This document shows, in pieces, positions 18,703 to 28,554 of a stretch of 64,000 bases of DNA (positions are counted from its first letter, which is position 1; each line of letters starts with the position of its first letter). The position numbers and the translations under genes are program-made. The stretch covers positions 56,777 through 120,776 of the forward strand of contig JACPMA010000017.1 in the NCBI GenBank assembly GCA_016186205.1, read 5' to 3'. Source of the DNA: Candidatus Peregrinibacteria bacterium (GTDB taxonomy: Bacteria > Patescibacteriota > Gracilibacteria > UBA1369 > UM-FILTER-53-11). The notes beneath the pieces were generated by a model. The model made no database searches. It had not been told where the DNA came from and worked only from the letters and a program-made list of their open reading frames with translations.

Positions 18703-19425
18703 ATGGAAGCATTGCGAGAAACAACTCATCTGGACGCAAAAACATTTAAACGGCTCGTAATTAAAGCTTGCGGTCCGGAAGCAAAAAGGTTTAAAGCTTT
18801 GGGCGAATTAAGAATTGGCGAAAAACGTACATTTCTTATTTGCGATAGAACTAGAGGAGATCATTGCAGAATCGAAGGAACTGTTGTTGGTTTTCAAGAT
18901 GCAGGAGCTTCGACGGACGTTGGAGATTTTGGCATGCAGGTCCGCGATCCGGTTTTTGATTTTACTATTTTTCATCCGGATGGAACTACAGAGTCATTGA
19001 AGAATGCGTTAATAAGTGACCAGAAAATTTTTGAAGTAAAAGTTTTTCGGAAGCCGACGGAAGCAGATTGGGAGGCCCGTAGCAGGCGCATAGAATCTAT
19101 GTGCGATGAGGATGACGACGAGGAAGACGAAGAAATGGTGGCTATGACAGTGCCGTTTCCAAAAGGAACTTTGGTGGCCACGCGGACATTTATGCCAGGC
19201 GGCATGCAACAGAATATTATGATGGCGTACGACGGAGCTATTGAAGACCGTGTCGTTTTAAGAAATCTTCCAAAAGGTCAGCAGCCATCTGAAGAGATAC
19301 GGCAAATGGCAGACGCTTTATGCTTATCTCTTGACGCAATCGTTCCTGGCAAAGGAAAGGGGAGAGCCGTGAAAGCTTTACGTACTATTACAGGACGTAG
19401 AGTCCGAACCGCGCTTGCGGGATAA
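18703..19425 (+). CDS. Hypothetical protein with an acidic tract
   Basis: ORF from MEALRE; DEDDDEEDEE tract. Confidence 0.6.
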   Translation: MEALRETTHLDAKTFKRLVIKACGPEAKRFKALGELRIGEKRTFLICDRTRGDHCRIEGTVVGFQDAGASTDVGDFGMQVRDPVFDFTIFHPDGTTESLKNALISDQKIFEVKVFRKPTEADWEARSRRIESMCDEDDDEEDEEMVAMTVPFPKGTLVATRTFMPGGMQQNIMMAYDGAIEDRVVLRNLPKGQQPSEEIRQMADALCLSLDAIVPGKGKGRAVKALRTITGRRVRTALAG

Positions 19426-19491
19426 AAATTACACGGAGGCGCGCGGGCTCTTGCTACCGATAGTTTTTGTGCTACACTTGGCAAGCAATTT

Positions 19492-19665
19492 ATGGCCAAA
19501 GCAAAATTTATCATCGCGCACTTTCGTTGCACCGTCTGCCGCACGCCGAGCAAAACCACTAAACACGGCAAAAAACCGCTTAAAGAAATGAAAAAGTTTT
19601 GCCGGAAGTGTCGGAAACATACTCTTCAAAAGCCGAAGGATATTAAGAAGCCGGCGAAGCAGTGA
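19492..19665 (+). CDS. rpmG: 50S ribosomal protein L33 (Zn-binding type)
   Basis: Hand translation MAKAKFIIAHFRCTVC...KKFCRKCRKHTLQK; 57 aa, below the ORF-track cutoff. Confidence 0.88.
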   Translation: MAKAKFIIAHFRCTVCRTPSKTTKHGKKPLKEMKKFCRKCRKHTLQKPKDIKKPAKQ

Positions 19666-19703
19666 GTGGTTTATTGTTAGTAGTTTGTAGATATTAGAAG
19701 AAC

Positions 19704-21401
19704 ATGAATTTTTCAAGATATAAAAAATGGATTTTTGGAATTGGCATCTGGGTTATCGTGCTAGCCGTCGCGGGATTTTTTTATTGGAAAAGTTCGGCAA
19801 TTAAACTTCCGTGGCAGCCAACTTCGCAGGGAATATTTTTTGAAGAACTTCTTCCGCCGGATGTTTCTTTTGCCATGAGTTTTAATCCAACCGACGATGC
19901 GCAGCGCCAAAGTTTTGAAAAGCTCTGGGCAACGATTTTGCAAGATAAAAAAGATGTTATTCTGCCGTTTATTGCCACTAATTTTGCCAAGAGCAGCCAA
20001 ACGCCATTGCCATTAGCGGATTTATTGACGCTGTTTGGTAATAATCTGCAATTTACGCTCGCACTCGGCAGCGGTTCTTCTATAAAAACTCCGGATGCAT
20101 TTTTTCTTTTCCGCACAGAAGATCCGTTAAAAGCGCGCGCCATTTTTCAGCGCGTAAAACAAGCTGACGATCAATTGCTCCGCGACACGCCTGATGCATT
20201 TGCATTCAGCCGCGGAAAGGCTGCAAAAGCGCATATCGGCCTAATAGGCGACACGGGATTTTTCGCTTTAACTTCAAAAGAAAAAACGCAGCAGCTAATT
20301 GCGCATTTTGAAAAACGCAATTCTTTTTTCCGCATGGCCTCGCTTGCGAACTCCAAAAAATTCCGCAGCGCAGCAAAATTTTTAGAAGGCGCTATGAGCG
20401 GTTATATCTTCTTTTTTCCAGGCGTAACCGGAAAAGGCATCGAAGCATCCGTTGTGCGTTATGTCGCACAAGAAAACGGTTTTTCATTTGATGGCATTAC
20501 ACTTTCTGGAACCGGCAAAGACAGCGACATTTTGCGCAGTAAGGTTTTTCAGCCGTTTGTCCCTTCGCTTTCAGCAAAAATCCCGCTTTCAAAAGCGCTT
20601 TTGTTTGAAGAAGTCGGGAATGCAGGCAGTCTTTTGTTAAGCCAGCTTGATGCGCTGCGCACGGATTTCAAAAAATGGACTGATTTTGATTTTGCAACCG
20701 ATATCCTTCCATTTTTAGATAAAGACGCAGTATTGGCTGTTGAAGATACGGGACGGATTTTGCCGGCAGTGTCCGTATGGCTGGATGCAAGCGTGCCGGG
20801 CGCTTCAGAAAAAGCAAAAACCGCGTTCGAAAAACTCGATGCAAAAGTAAAATCGTGGGTAACTCTGGGCAATATTGCTCTTCCTGCAAATGAAGCCGGA
20901 CAAAATAAGCCGGTATTTAATATGCAGCCGCTTGCCGCGCCGTTTACCGGAAGCAAAGTGATTTTATGTTTAGATTGCGTCAGCAAAAAATTGATCAACG
21001 TCCCGCTTCTTTTTGAGCTCATTCGCGATCCGCTCGAAATTTCATACGGCATGACGTCCGATAATATTTTGTTTGTTTCTACGCTGCCGAATTTTGAGAA
21101 AACTTTTTCCGATACTGCTAAGGCGGAGGATCATCCTTTGTTCAAGCGCGCGCAATCGTTAGAACCAAAACCCGGGAACACGGTTTTTATTGACGGTGAA
21201 GTCATCGGTGCGTCTATCGAACGAATCATAAATCTCGCACGTTCAAATAAAAAATTCTCCGAGTCCGAAGAACAAAGTTACGCGCTTTTGAAAAAACATT
21301 TCTCGCCGATTAAAAGCTTTATCCAAACAAGCCAAGGTGACGGGAAAAGCATGTTTGGAAAAGCGTTTCTTGAAATACGCGGTTCCTCTACTCAACAGTA
21401 A
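19704..21401 (+). CDS. Membrane-anchored protein, DUF3352-like
   Basis: N-terminal TM helix; D...DILP.L motif and mixed alpha/beta pattern. Confidence 0.55.
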   Translation: MNFSRYKKWIFGIGIWVIVLAVAGFFYWKSSAIKLPWQPTSQGIFFEELLPPDVSFAMSFNPTDDAQRQSFEKLWATILQDKKDVILPFIATNFAKSSQTPLPLADLLTLFGNNLQFTLALGSGSSIKTPDAFFLFRTEDPLKARAIFQRVKQADDQLLRDTPDAFAFSRGKAAKAHIGLIGDTGFFALTSKEKTQQLIAHFEKRNSFFRMASLANSKKFRSAAKFLEGAMSGYIFFFPGVTGKGIEASVVRYVAQENGFSFDGITLSGTGKDSDILRSKVFQPFVPSLSAKIPLSKALLFEEVGNAGSLLLSQLDALRTDFKKWTDFDFATDILPFLDKDAVLAVEDTGRILPAVSVWLDASVPGASEKAKTAFEKLDAKVKSWVTLGNIALPANEAGQNKPVFNMQPLAAPFTGSKVILCLDCVSKKLINVPLLFELIRDPLEISYGMTSDNILFVSTLPNFEKTFSDTAKAEDHPLFKRAQSLEPKPGNTVFIDGEVIGASIERIINLARSNKKFSESEEQSYALLKKHFSPIKSFIQTSQGDGKSMFGKAFLEIRGSSTQQ

Positions 21402-22335
21402 TTGTTCCCTGCAGCGATGAATTTAAATGGTCGTGATAATGCCACGTCCCTTTTTGATTGAACGTGAAGGAAAAAGTTTCGCTTTGCGCAAGCCCTGTGC
21501 ATGCATCAAACTTGCTTCCGATACATCCGCCTGTTTCCGGATATGCTGTGTGGCTTGGATGTACCGCGGAAGCAGGCCAATGAACTCCCGAATCATTATT
21601 TTGGAAAACGACCGTGTCTCCGGCGTTAATCGTCAGCGATAAAGGGTTGAATCCGGCTGAAGTTATGCTGACCATTTTTGTCATTGGACCGCTTGCGCCA
21701 TCCGCATCATTCATTGTGCCTGCATCAATGCGGAATTTTCCTTTCAGTTTTCCTTTGGCAACCGTTTTTCCTTTAAAAAGTTTTTGCAGCGCATCGGCCT
21801 TGAATTCTTTATGCATTGCATCATCTTTACTCAAGCCGATATCAGCTACCTTCAAGCCATAGACCGTAATGTCATAAACATGATCGCCGGTTCCTTCAGG
21901 CGGAAAAGGACCGCCATACCCCAAACTGCCGAAGCAATTCACCAATGATTGCGTTCCCTCCGGCAGCGATGCAAAACCGGAGAACGCTCCTTCTTCAATT
22001 GCCCGCGTATTTGCCGGAATATTTATTGCTGCAAGATGCACACATTTTTCCGCAACCGGATGGAGATCGATAATGGTTATGGCAAAGGATTTAATTTTCT
22101 TTGCGGTTTTTTTGCTTACTTTCCATGTAAGAGGAGGAGATTTATTTTCGCTTCCCGGGATAGACGGATCTGCAAAAGCGTATTTCGCCGCCATATTTCC
22201 ACCGTTTTTAAACGCCGAAGAAGTGACCTTTATTTTTTTTGATGCGCTTGCGGCATACACCGGCGCGCTCGCGATAAATAAACCGGTTAAAAGAACCGTG
22301 ATAGAAAATATCGCGCTGATTTTTTTAGCATTCAT
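21388..22335 (-). CDS. Secreted YbhB/YbcL (PEBP-family) protein fused to a C-terminal cupredoxin-like domain
   Basis: Signal peptide; SPPLTW, D.HP, GYGGPFPP.G.G.H.Y; then GF.P..LTI..GDTV.F.N, HWPAS..HP.H, W.YHDHL. Confidence 0.8.
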   Translation of the reverse strand: MNAKKISAIFSITVLLTGLFIASAPVYAASASKKIKVTSSAFKNGGNMAAKYAFADPSIPGSENKSPPLTWKVSKKTAKKIKSFAITIIDLHPVAEKCVHLAAINIPANTRAIEEGAFSGFASLPEGTQSLVNCFGSLGYGGPFPPEGTGDHVYDITVYGLKVADIGLSKDDAMHKEFKADALQKLFKGKTVAKGKLKGKFRIDAGTMNDADGASGPMTKMVSITSAGFNPLSLTINAGDTVVFQNNDSGVHWPASAVHPSHTAYPETGGCIGSKFDACTGLAQSETFSFTFNQKGTWHYHDHLNSSLQGTITVE

Positions 22336-22484
22336 AGAATATGGTGTTAAAAAAATAATTACAGATTGATAGTAATATCGTTACCTTGCCGGAGGCAAGA
22401 CATATTATGCAACATAAATCCGCCTTTCCCGTATTTTATAAATGTAGAATAATGATTCTGCATGTATTTTTTAACCGATTTCGT

Positions 22485-25100
22485 ATGAATATTTTTAAAC
22501 GCGCATCCCTCTCGGTGATCATTTTTGGACTCTTAGGTTTGCCGATTTTGGCTACCGCTTCCCAAACGCTACCATATAATCCCGATACCGGCATGCAATA
22601 CGGTCGTTATTTTAAGGACGTCCCGGACAATCATCCGTTTGCAGAGACGATAAATAATTTGAAAATGAAGGGACTCGTAAAAGGATATCCAGACCAGACA
22701 TTTGCGCCGGATTCGACGATCTCTCGAGCGGAATTTATCACCATGGTTATGGCATCTATCAGTAAAAATCCACAAGGCGCCAATTGTTTTAAAGATGTGA
22801 AGAATGAGTGGTACGCGAGATTTATCTGTGCCGCAAAGGCAAAAAAGCTCGTGAGGGGTTATGCCGATGGTACTTTTAAACCCGGCAGCAATATCAATTT
22901 TGCAGAGGCCAGCGCGATTTTGGTGCAAGCGAATAAATTGAAGCCGAAAAAACTTGCTGCCGGCGAGTTATGGTATAAGCCGGCCGTCAAAAAGCTTGAG
23001 GCAAAAGCCGCCATTCCAATGACGGTTGATTATCCGGACAAGAAATTGAGCCGCGCCGAAGTCGCGGAGATGATTTGGCGCTTGAAAAATAAAGTGACTA
23101 ATAAATCCACAAAAACATTTGAGTCGCTCACCGCGCCGTTTCCTGTTCTTGCGTCATGCGATGAGCTGAAAGAGAAAATTTCGATTTACCAATATAAAAA
23201 CAGTTCTCGGCGATACGGAATTTTAGAAGAATCCATAATGCCTCTTTCGGCTGCGCCGTCGATGGGTCTGCAAAAATCAGAAGCCGTTAGTTCAGATGAT
23301 TATTCAGCTACTAATGTGCAAGTCGAAGGCGTGGATGAAGCCGATATCATAAAAAATGACGGTGAATTCATTTATATGATGAGCGGGAACAAAGTACGGA
23401 TTATAAAAGCGTTTCCGCCCGAGGAAATGCAAGAAGTTTCAAAACTTGAATTCTCGGACAAAAATTTCAATCCCGGCGATATATATGTTTCTGGAAATAA
23501 GCTTGTAGTAATCGGTTCAACATATCTCGAAAGTCCGACTCCGAATACAGAGCCGTCCGCGCATGTTCCGGTTTATTACAATAGAAGTAAAACAGAGGTT
23601 TTTATCGTTGATATTGCAGACAAAACTGCTCCAAAAGAAGAACGTTTTCTCTATTTTGACGGCAACCAACTTTCTTCGCGGCGCATTGGAAATAGGCTGT
23701 ATCTCGTTCTTCATCACTCGCCGTCTTATTACGGAATTCAGCCGCTTGCCGATGAGCCTTCTATCCAAGCCATTCTCCCGCATATGTATGATTCGCAGGA
23801 CAAGGAATATGCCGAGCCAATCGCACCATGTTCTGCAATTCATTTTCTTCCGAAATATGATGCGCCGGATTTTCTTGCTGTTGTGAGCGTTGATATTGAA
23901 AATGCCGATGTGCCTCTTGGAAAAGAAGTCATTATGGGATCCGGAGGGACCGTGTATGCTTCGCCGGAAAGCCTTTATATCGCCGCGACGCGCTACGAAT
24001 ATCCGGAAATAGAAAAATTCAACGTTTGGATGCCGCCTGCGCAAAATGAAAGCACGATGATATATCGTTTTAGTTTAGAAAATGGCGATGCAAAATATGT
24101 CGGACAAGGGCAAGTAAAAGGCCATCTCCTCAATCAATTTTCAATGGATGAATCCGGCGATGCGTTCCGGCTTGCGACTACGACCGGTCAAGTTTGGAAT
24201 ACGAAAGATCCATCAAAGAATCACCTTTTTATTCTGAACCGAAATAATCTCGCGACTGTTTTGGGAAAAATCGAGGATATAGCGCCGGGCGAAAAGATTT
24301 ACTCTGTGCGGTTTTTAGGCAAGCGCGCTTATATGGTGACGTTTAAAAAAGTGGATCCGTTTTTTGTGATTGACGTTGAAGATCCGGCAAATCCGCGAAT
24401 TCTCGGAGCTCTGAAAATTCCGGGTTTCAGCGATTACCTCCATCCTTTTGACGAAAATCACATAATCGGTTTTGGGAAAGAAGCGGTTGATCCGCAAAAC
24501 GTTGGGAATGAATGGCCCGGACGCGATTTTGATTTTGCGTGGTATCAAGGCATGAAGATCGCGCTGTTTGATGTTACGGATGTTTCTGCGCCGAAAATGC
24601 TATTTAAAGAAATTATCGGCGATCGCGGGACTGACAGTGAAGTGCTTTCGAATCACAAAGCTCTTTTATATGATAAGGCGCGTAACTTATTTGCATTTCC
24701 AATAACGGTGCATGAAATTAAGCCTGAAATAAAAGCAAAATCAGGCGGTTACACCGGCAGCACTTATGGTGATCCGGTGTTTCAAGGCGCCTATATTTAC
24801 ACGCTTGATTTAGAAAATGGGTTTCAGCTAAAAGGGCAGGTGACGCACTACGACAACGGTCTGCCAAAGCGGTGTTATCCGAATTATGACGAAAGCGGCG
24901 AGCAGAGTGAGCAATGTTACTTTAATCCGCAGCCTGCGAATACGGTTAACCGCATCATATATATAGGCGATTATCTCTACACGATTTCGCTTGGCAAAGT
25001 GAAGGCGGTTAAACGCGAGGATATTTCAGAGGTGAAAAAACTGGTGATCCCGACAGATGATGTGAGTATTCCGGGTTTTCTTGAAGATCTTTTGCAGTGA
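22485..25100 (+). CDS. SLH-domain surface protein with a beta-propeller domain
   Basis: SLH repeats (F.DV...GY.D.TF.P...I.RAE); YS.TNVQV.GVDEADI.K.DG, LNQFSMDE, VDPFFVID, LKIPGFS.YLHP. Confidence 0.88.
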   Translation: MNIFKRASLSVIIFGLLGLPILATASQTLPYNPDTGMQYGRYFKDVPDNHPFAETINNLKMKGLVKGYPDQTFAPDSTISRAEFITMVMASISKNPQGANCFKDVKNEWYARFICAAKAKKLVRGYADGTFKPGSNINFAEASAILVQANKLKPKKLAAGELWYKPAVKKLEAKAAIPMTVDYPDKKLSRAEVAEMIWRLKNKVTNKSTKTFESLTAPFPVLASCDELKEKISIYQYKNSSRRYGILEESIMPLSAAPSMGLQKSEAVSSDDYSATNVQVEGVDEADIIKNDGEFIYMMSGNKVRIIKAFPPEEMQEVSKLEFSDKNFNPGDIYVSGNKLVVIGSTYLESPTPNTEPSAHVPVYYNRSKTEVFIVDIADKTAPKEERFLYFDGNQLSSRRIGNRLYLVLHHSPSYYGIQPLADEPSIQAILPHMYDSQDKEYAEPIAPCSAIHFLPKYDAPDFLAVVSVDIENADVPLGKEVIMGSGGTVYASPESLYIAATRYEYPEIEKFNVWMPPAQNESTMIYRFSLENGDAKYVGQGQVKGHLLNQFSMDESGDAFRLATTTGQVWNTKDPSKNHLFILNRNNLATVLGKIEDIAPGEKIYSVRFLGKRAYMVTFKKVDPFFVIDVEDPANPRILGALKIPGFSDYLHPFDENHIIGFGKEAVDPQNVGNEWPGRDFDFAWYQGMKIALFDVTDVSAPKMLFKEIIGDRGTDSEVLSNHKALLYDKARNLFAFPITVHEIKPEIKAKSGGYTGSTYGDPVFQGAYIYTLDLENGFQLKGQVTHYDNGLPKRCYPNYDESGEQSEQCYFNPQPANTVNRIIYIGDYLYTISLGKVKAVKREDISEVKKLVIPTDDVSIPGFLEDLLQ

Positions 25101-25376
25101 TTATAAAAATCGTATGTGAAGACGTTTGCCGAGCAAAAAACCAATTTTTACAAGGAGGCCGAGAGAACAATTTTGTTTTCCGGCCTCCATTCGTGCTATT
25201 GCGCTTTGTGAAGTTTTCAATTTTTTGGCGAGCGCCGACTGTTTGAGTCCTAACTTTTTGCGGAGTTTTTTTATTTGGTAGCCAAGCGCAAGCCGTTCGT
25301 ATTGTTCTAAGGCGTGTGGTGACTTCAAGCTTTCCGCTAAAAGTTTTTCGTCGGGGAAGCGCGGTAGTTTTTCCAT
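25101..25376 (-). CDS. XRE-family HTH regulator (orphan HigA-like antitoxin)
   Basis: LRKKLGLKQSALAKKLKTSQSAIARMEAG. Confidence 0.85.
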   Translation of the reverse strand: MEKLPRFPDEKLLAESLKSPHALEQYERLALGYQIKKLRKKLGLKQSALAKKLKTSQSAIARMEAGKQNCSLGLLVKIGFLLGKRLHIRFL

Positions 25377-25382
25377 AGTTTA

Positions 25383-25401
25383 ATTATATCATATATGATA
25401 T
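25383..25401 (-). promoter_or_regulatory. Extended -10 (TGATATAAT) overlapped by a perfect 16-bp palindrome, putative autoregulatory operator
   Basis: ATATCATATATGATAT at 25386-25401, about 10 nt upstream of the HTH start. Confidence 0.6.
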
Positions 25402-25416
25402 TTTAGCTCAAAAAGT

Positions 25417-25446
25417 TTGATTTTCATATAACAGGTATGGTATAAT
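25417..25446 (+). promoter_or_regulatory. Sigma70-type promoter
   Basis: TTGATT, 18-nt spacer ending in TGG, then TATAAT. Confidence 0.55.
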
Positions 25447-25474
25447 ATTTATGTCGTTGTGTTTTTGAAATTTG

Positions 25475-25498
25475 CCGCCGCTCACTGGCGGTTTTTTT
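25475..25498 (+). terminator. Intrinsic terminator
   Basis: CCGCC-GCTCACT-GGCGG followed by a T run. Confidence 0.65.
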
Positions 25499-25507
25499 GT
25501 GCTTTGT

Positions 25508-25630
25508 TGTGGGGGCAAACTACGTTTTCCCCCACTTACGCTCGATCCAGCTCATAGCGACGAGCTGGATACTCGCGCCCCCTTTCCTTAGTATGCTCCG
25601 GCTTGGGACCCACAAGACCCAAGCCTTCGC
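25508..25630 (-). repeat. GC-rich palindromic element (family P), intergenic copy
   Basis: Reverse complement CTTGGGTCTTGTGGGTCCCAAG...AAGGAAAGGGGGCGCGAGT...GTGGGGGAAAACGTAGTTTGCCCCCAC aligns with 34771-34871. Confidence 0.8.
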
Positions 25631-25679
25631 TTAGCGCAAAGATTTGCGGTTTCGTTATATCTTTGGTATAAATTAGCGT

Positions 25680-26084
25680 ATGAAAAAAGCCCATGCCCAT
25701 TGCGATGTGCCATGTGGAGTTTACGAAACCGATTCCGCGCTCTGGGCAGTTGAAACCTGCCAGAAATTGGTCGAAAAACTTCTCGCGCTTGAGGCGCCTG
25801 CTGCCAACAATAAACAAGCTTCACTCGAGTATCAGAATACAGTTACCCGCACCGTGCTCGTAAAAGAAGAATACGCGCAGATCTGCAAAAATCAGCTCCT
25901 TATTTTATGGACGGATTACTTCAAAGCGGAGCATATTGCAAAATGGCCGGATCTTCACGAGAAAATTTGGAAAGCTGCAAAACAATGTTCGGTTGTGAAA
26001 CGAACCGTGAATCTTGATGAAGTAAAAAAATTGCGAACTTTGGTTGAAGAAATCGCAGGAATCTTTAAGGCTTCAAAGGCGTAA
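25680..26084 (+). CDS. sodN: Nickel superoxide dismutase precursor
   Basis: Ni-hook AHA-HCDVPCGVY; LWTDYFK. Confidence 0.95.
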   Translation: MKKAHAHCDVPCGVYETDSALWAVETCQKLVEKLLALEAPAANNKQASLEYQNTVTRTVLVKEEYAQICKNQLLILWTDYFKAEHIAKWPDLHEKIWKAAKQCSVVKRTVNLDEVKKLRTLVEEIAGIFKASKA

Positions 26085-26093
26085 ATTGTTCCT

Positions 26094-26369
26094 ATGTTTC
26101 CATTTGCTCGGTATGAAATTGAGGGCGAGAGCATGATTCCGGCATATCAACCCGGCGATCGCGTACTCGTTTTTCGCTGGGGAACGGTAAAATCAGGCGA
26201 TACGGTTATTTTCTGTAAAAACGGAATGACGATGGTAAAGCGAGCCGTAGCAAAAGAAGGCGATCGCTGGATTATGAAAGGCGATAATTGGAAACGCAGC
26301 TGCGACAGCGAAGATTTTGGCGGCGTGGCGGATGAAGAAATTATCGGCAAGGTGGTAGCTACGTATTAA
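26094..26369 (+). CDS. sodX: Ni-SOD maturation protease (S26-like)
   Basis: G.SM.P, VKR, GDN...S.DS..FG; immediately after sodN. Confidence 0.9.
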   Translation: MFPFARYEIEGESMIPAYQPGDRVLVFRWGTVKSGDTVIFCKNGMTMVKRAVAKEGDRWIMKGDNWKRSCDSEDFGGVADEEIIGKVVATY

Positions 26370-26377
26370 ACTTTAAT

Positions 26378-26980
26378 ATGGCTCAAATCATTTCACTTTT
26401 AGCGATCGGGTTTTTCTTTGGCTTGCGACACGCATTTGATGCGGATCATATTGCCGCGGTTTCCATTTTCAGCGCGCAATCTTTGAATAAAAAAGCCTCT
26501 CTTCTTAAAGGAATTTTCTGGGGGCTCGGACATACGCTCGTCCTTTTTATCGTAGGAATTTTTGTGCTGTTTTTAGGATTTAAAATTCCGGAAAGAATGA
26601 GCGCTTTTTTCGAAACAGGCGTTTCGTTCCTACTTATTGGCCTCGGCGGTTATTCTCTTTATAAAACACGAGGCCAAACCCACAGTCATCCTCCGCTGGG
26701 AATGCATACGCATAACTCCTCATCGTTTTTGGTGGGTATTATCCACGGCCTTGCAGGTTCCGCAGCCATTTTTGTTCTTATTATTTCTACAATTCGCTCC
26801 GCTATACTCGGGCTTTTATATATTCTCGTTTTTGGCTTAGGAACGATTGCCGGTATGGTTTTTGTGAGTTTTTTCATCGGTATCGCTACTCTCCGCGTAA
26901 AAAAATACGCCGGTTTTGCGGCCGGCGTATTTTCGCTAAGCCTGGGAATCTTCTTACTATTTTCCTCCAAGTTTTTCTAG
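26378..26980 (+). CDS. Nickel transporter (NicO/UreH/HoxN-like)
   Basis: GLRHAFDADHIAAV, WGLGH, His loop, HGLAGSAA. Confidence 0.88.
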   Translation: MAQIISLLAIGFFFGLRHAFDADHIAAVSIFSAQSLNKKASLLKGIFWGLGHTLVLFIVGIFVLFLGFKIPERMSAFFETGVSFLLIGLGGYSLYKTRGQTHSHPPLGMHTHNSSSFLVGIIHGLAGSAAIFVLIISTIRSAILGLLYILVFGLGTIAGMVFVSFFIGIATLRVKKYAGFAAGVFSLSLGIFLLFSSKFF

Positions 26981-27637
26981 AAGGTGGTTTGCTTTTTCCT
27001 TTCCGCCAAGACCAAAAGCAAGACCGAGCGCCAGCGCGAGCATGGCTACAAAGCCCGTGAAGAGAATTTGAATAAGTTGAGTCGCGATACTTAGTTGCGT
27101 GAGGCTTGCCATTAAGGCAAAAATCACAATGGCCCATTTTGCAATAGCGGCAAGAACATCGCCAGAACGAGCTGTGAGGTGTGAAGCTTTTGAAGTTTTT
27201 TCAACAACTTGATATGCAAATTGACCTATGACAAGACCGATCACGAGAATGACAACCGCTACGACGACATTCGGGATATAAAGCGCCACGTCCTGAAGGA
27301 ATTTTGTAACCTGTTGGAGTTTTAAAATATCCACTGCTGCAATAAGAGCGACGATAATGAAAAACCATTTTACGATCCATCCGATAATGCCCGAAATGGA
27401 AAATTTCATCCCCATATCCTCAAATTTTTGTGTTGCTCCGAGTTTGTGCGCCAGAGCGTCAACATGAGTAAGATGGACAAGTTTTTTCGCGAGTTTGCCT
27501 AGCGCGGCGGCCACAATGAGGCCGACGACGAGAATTAGGAGCGCGCCTATTACTTCCGGAACGAGCGAAACGATTTTTGCCCAAATGTTTTGGAGCGAAG
27601 CGACAATCGCTTCATTCCAAGTCTTGAAATAGTTCAT
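26957..27637 (-). CDS. CmpX/MscS-associated TM-helix membrane protein
   Basis: Repeated P.I.GA..IL..G..I helices; LAFGLGGK. Confidence 0.75.
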   Translation of the reverse strand: MNYFKTWNEAIVASLQNIWAKIVSLVPEVIGALLILVVGLIVAAALGKLAKKLVHLTHVDALAHKLGATQKFEDMGMKFSISGIIGWIVKWFFIIVALIAAVDILKLQQVTKFLQDVALYIPNVVVAVVILVIGLVIGQFAYQVVEKTSKASHLTARSGDVLAAIAKWAIVIFALMASLTQLSIATQLIQILFTGFVAMLALALGLAFGLGGKEKANHLLEKLGGK

Positions 27638-27729
27638 AGCGGTTTGGTTAAGAAATATGCCACTTATCTATTACTGTACTGAAGACTGCAATACTTTGTC
27701 AAACATGTTAATATGCAACAGTTCCTAGC

Positions 27730-28554
27730 ATGTTTGAATCTTTTCTTATTACGTTTCGTGAAACACTTGAGGCTTCACTCGTTGTTTTTATTATACTTTC
27801 TTATCTCAAGAAAACCGGTCAGTCCAGAAATAATTTTATTGTTTACGCCGGTGTTATCGGTGCAGTTATCGTGAGCGCCATTGCAGCCTGGTTTTTTCAA
27901 ACCATCGCCGGCGGCTTAACCGGTGAGGTTGAAGAAATTTTTGAAGGCACCACCATGATTCTTGCAGCGATATTGCTCACCACAATGATTATTTGGATGG
28001 CGCATGCAAAACATGTGCAGCACCAAATTGAAGCGCGCGTGGCCGTGGAATTATCCGATCGTCATCGTCTTGGCTTATTTGCCGTCGTCTTTATTGCCGT
28101 TTTACGCGAAGGAGTGGAAACAGTGATTTTCTTGGGCGCTATAGCGATGCGCGGAGCCAATCAAGGTTTTTTGGGTGCGCTCCTCGGTATTTTTACGGCA
28201 GCTTTTCTGGGATATTTTCTTTTTGCCGGTGCGAAACGCATGGGGTTAAAAACTTTTTTCCGCGTCACATCAGCCCTTCTTATCTTTTTTGCCGCTGGCC
28301 TTATTGCTCACGGAATTCATGAATTCCAGGAGGTTGGATGGATACCATTTTGGTCGCAAGAAGCCTGGAATACAGCTGCATTTTTATCTGAAAAATCCGT
28401 TATCGGGAGTATTTTTAAAGGGGTTTTTGGCTATAATGAAAATCCGAGCATTCTCGAAGTCGCCGCTTACATAGGATATCTGCTTTTGATGTTATTGTAT
28501 TCCGTGGTCAGTCGACATCGCGATCTTTCTAAGCGTTCTGCTTTGGCGAAATAG
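27730..28554 (+). CDS. FTR1/EfeU iron permease
   Basis: Two RExxE motifs (FRETLEA, LREGVET); HEFQE. Confidence 0.9.
   Translation: MFESFLITFRETLEASLVVFIILSYLKKTGQSRNNFIVYAGVIGAVIVSAIAAWFFQTIAGGLTGEVEEIFEGTTMILAAILLTTMIIWMAHAKHVQHQIEARVAVELSDRHRLGLFAVVFIAVLREGVETVIFLGAIAMRGANQGFLGALLGIFTAAFLGYFLFAGAKRMGLKTFFRVTSALLIFFAAGLIAHGIHEFQEVGWIPFWSQEAWNTAAFLSEKSVIGSIFKGVFGYNENPSILEVAAYIGYLLLMLLYSVVSRHRDLSKRSALAK

Noticed and set aside
25536-25824. Minus-strand ORFs of 93 and 78 aa
   Set aside because: They overlap sodN antisense and read through the palindromic repeat.
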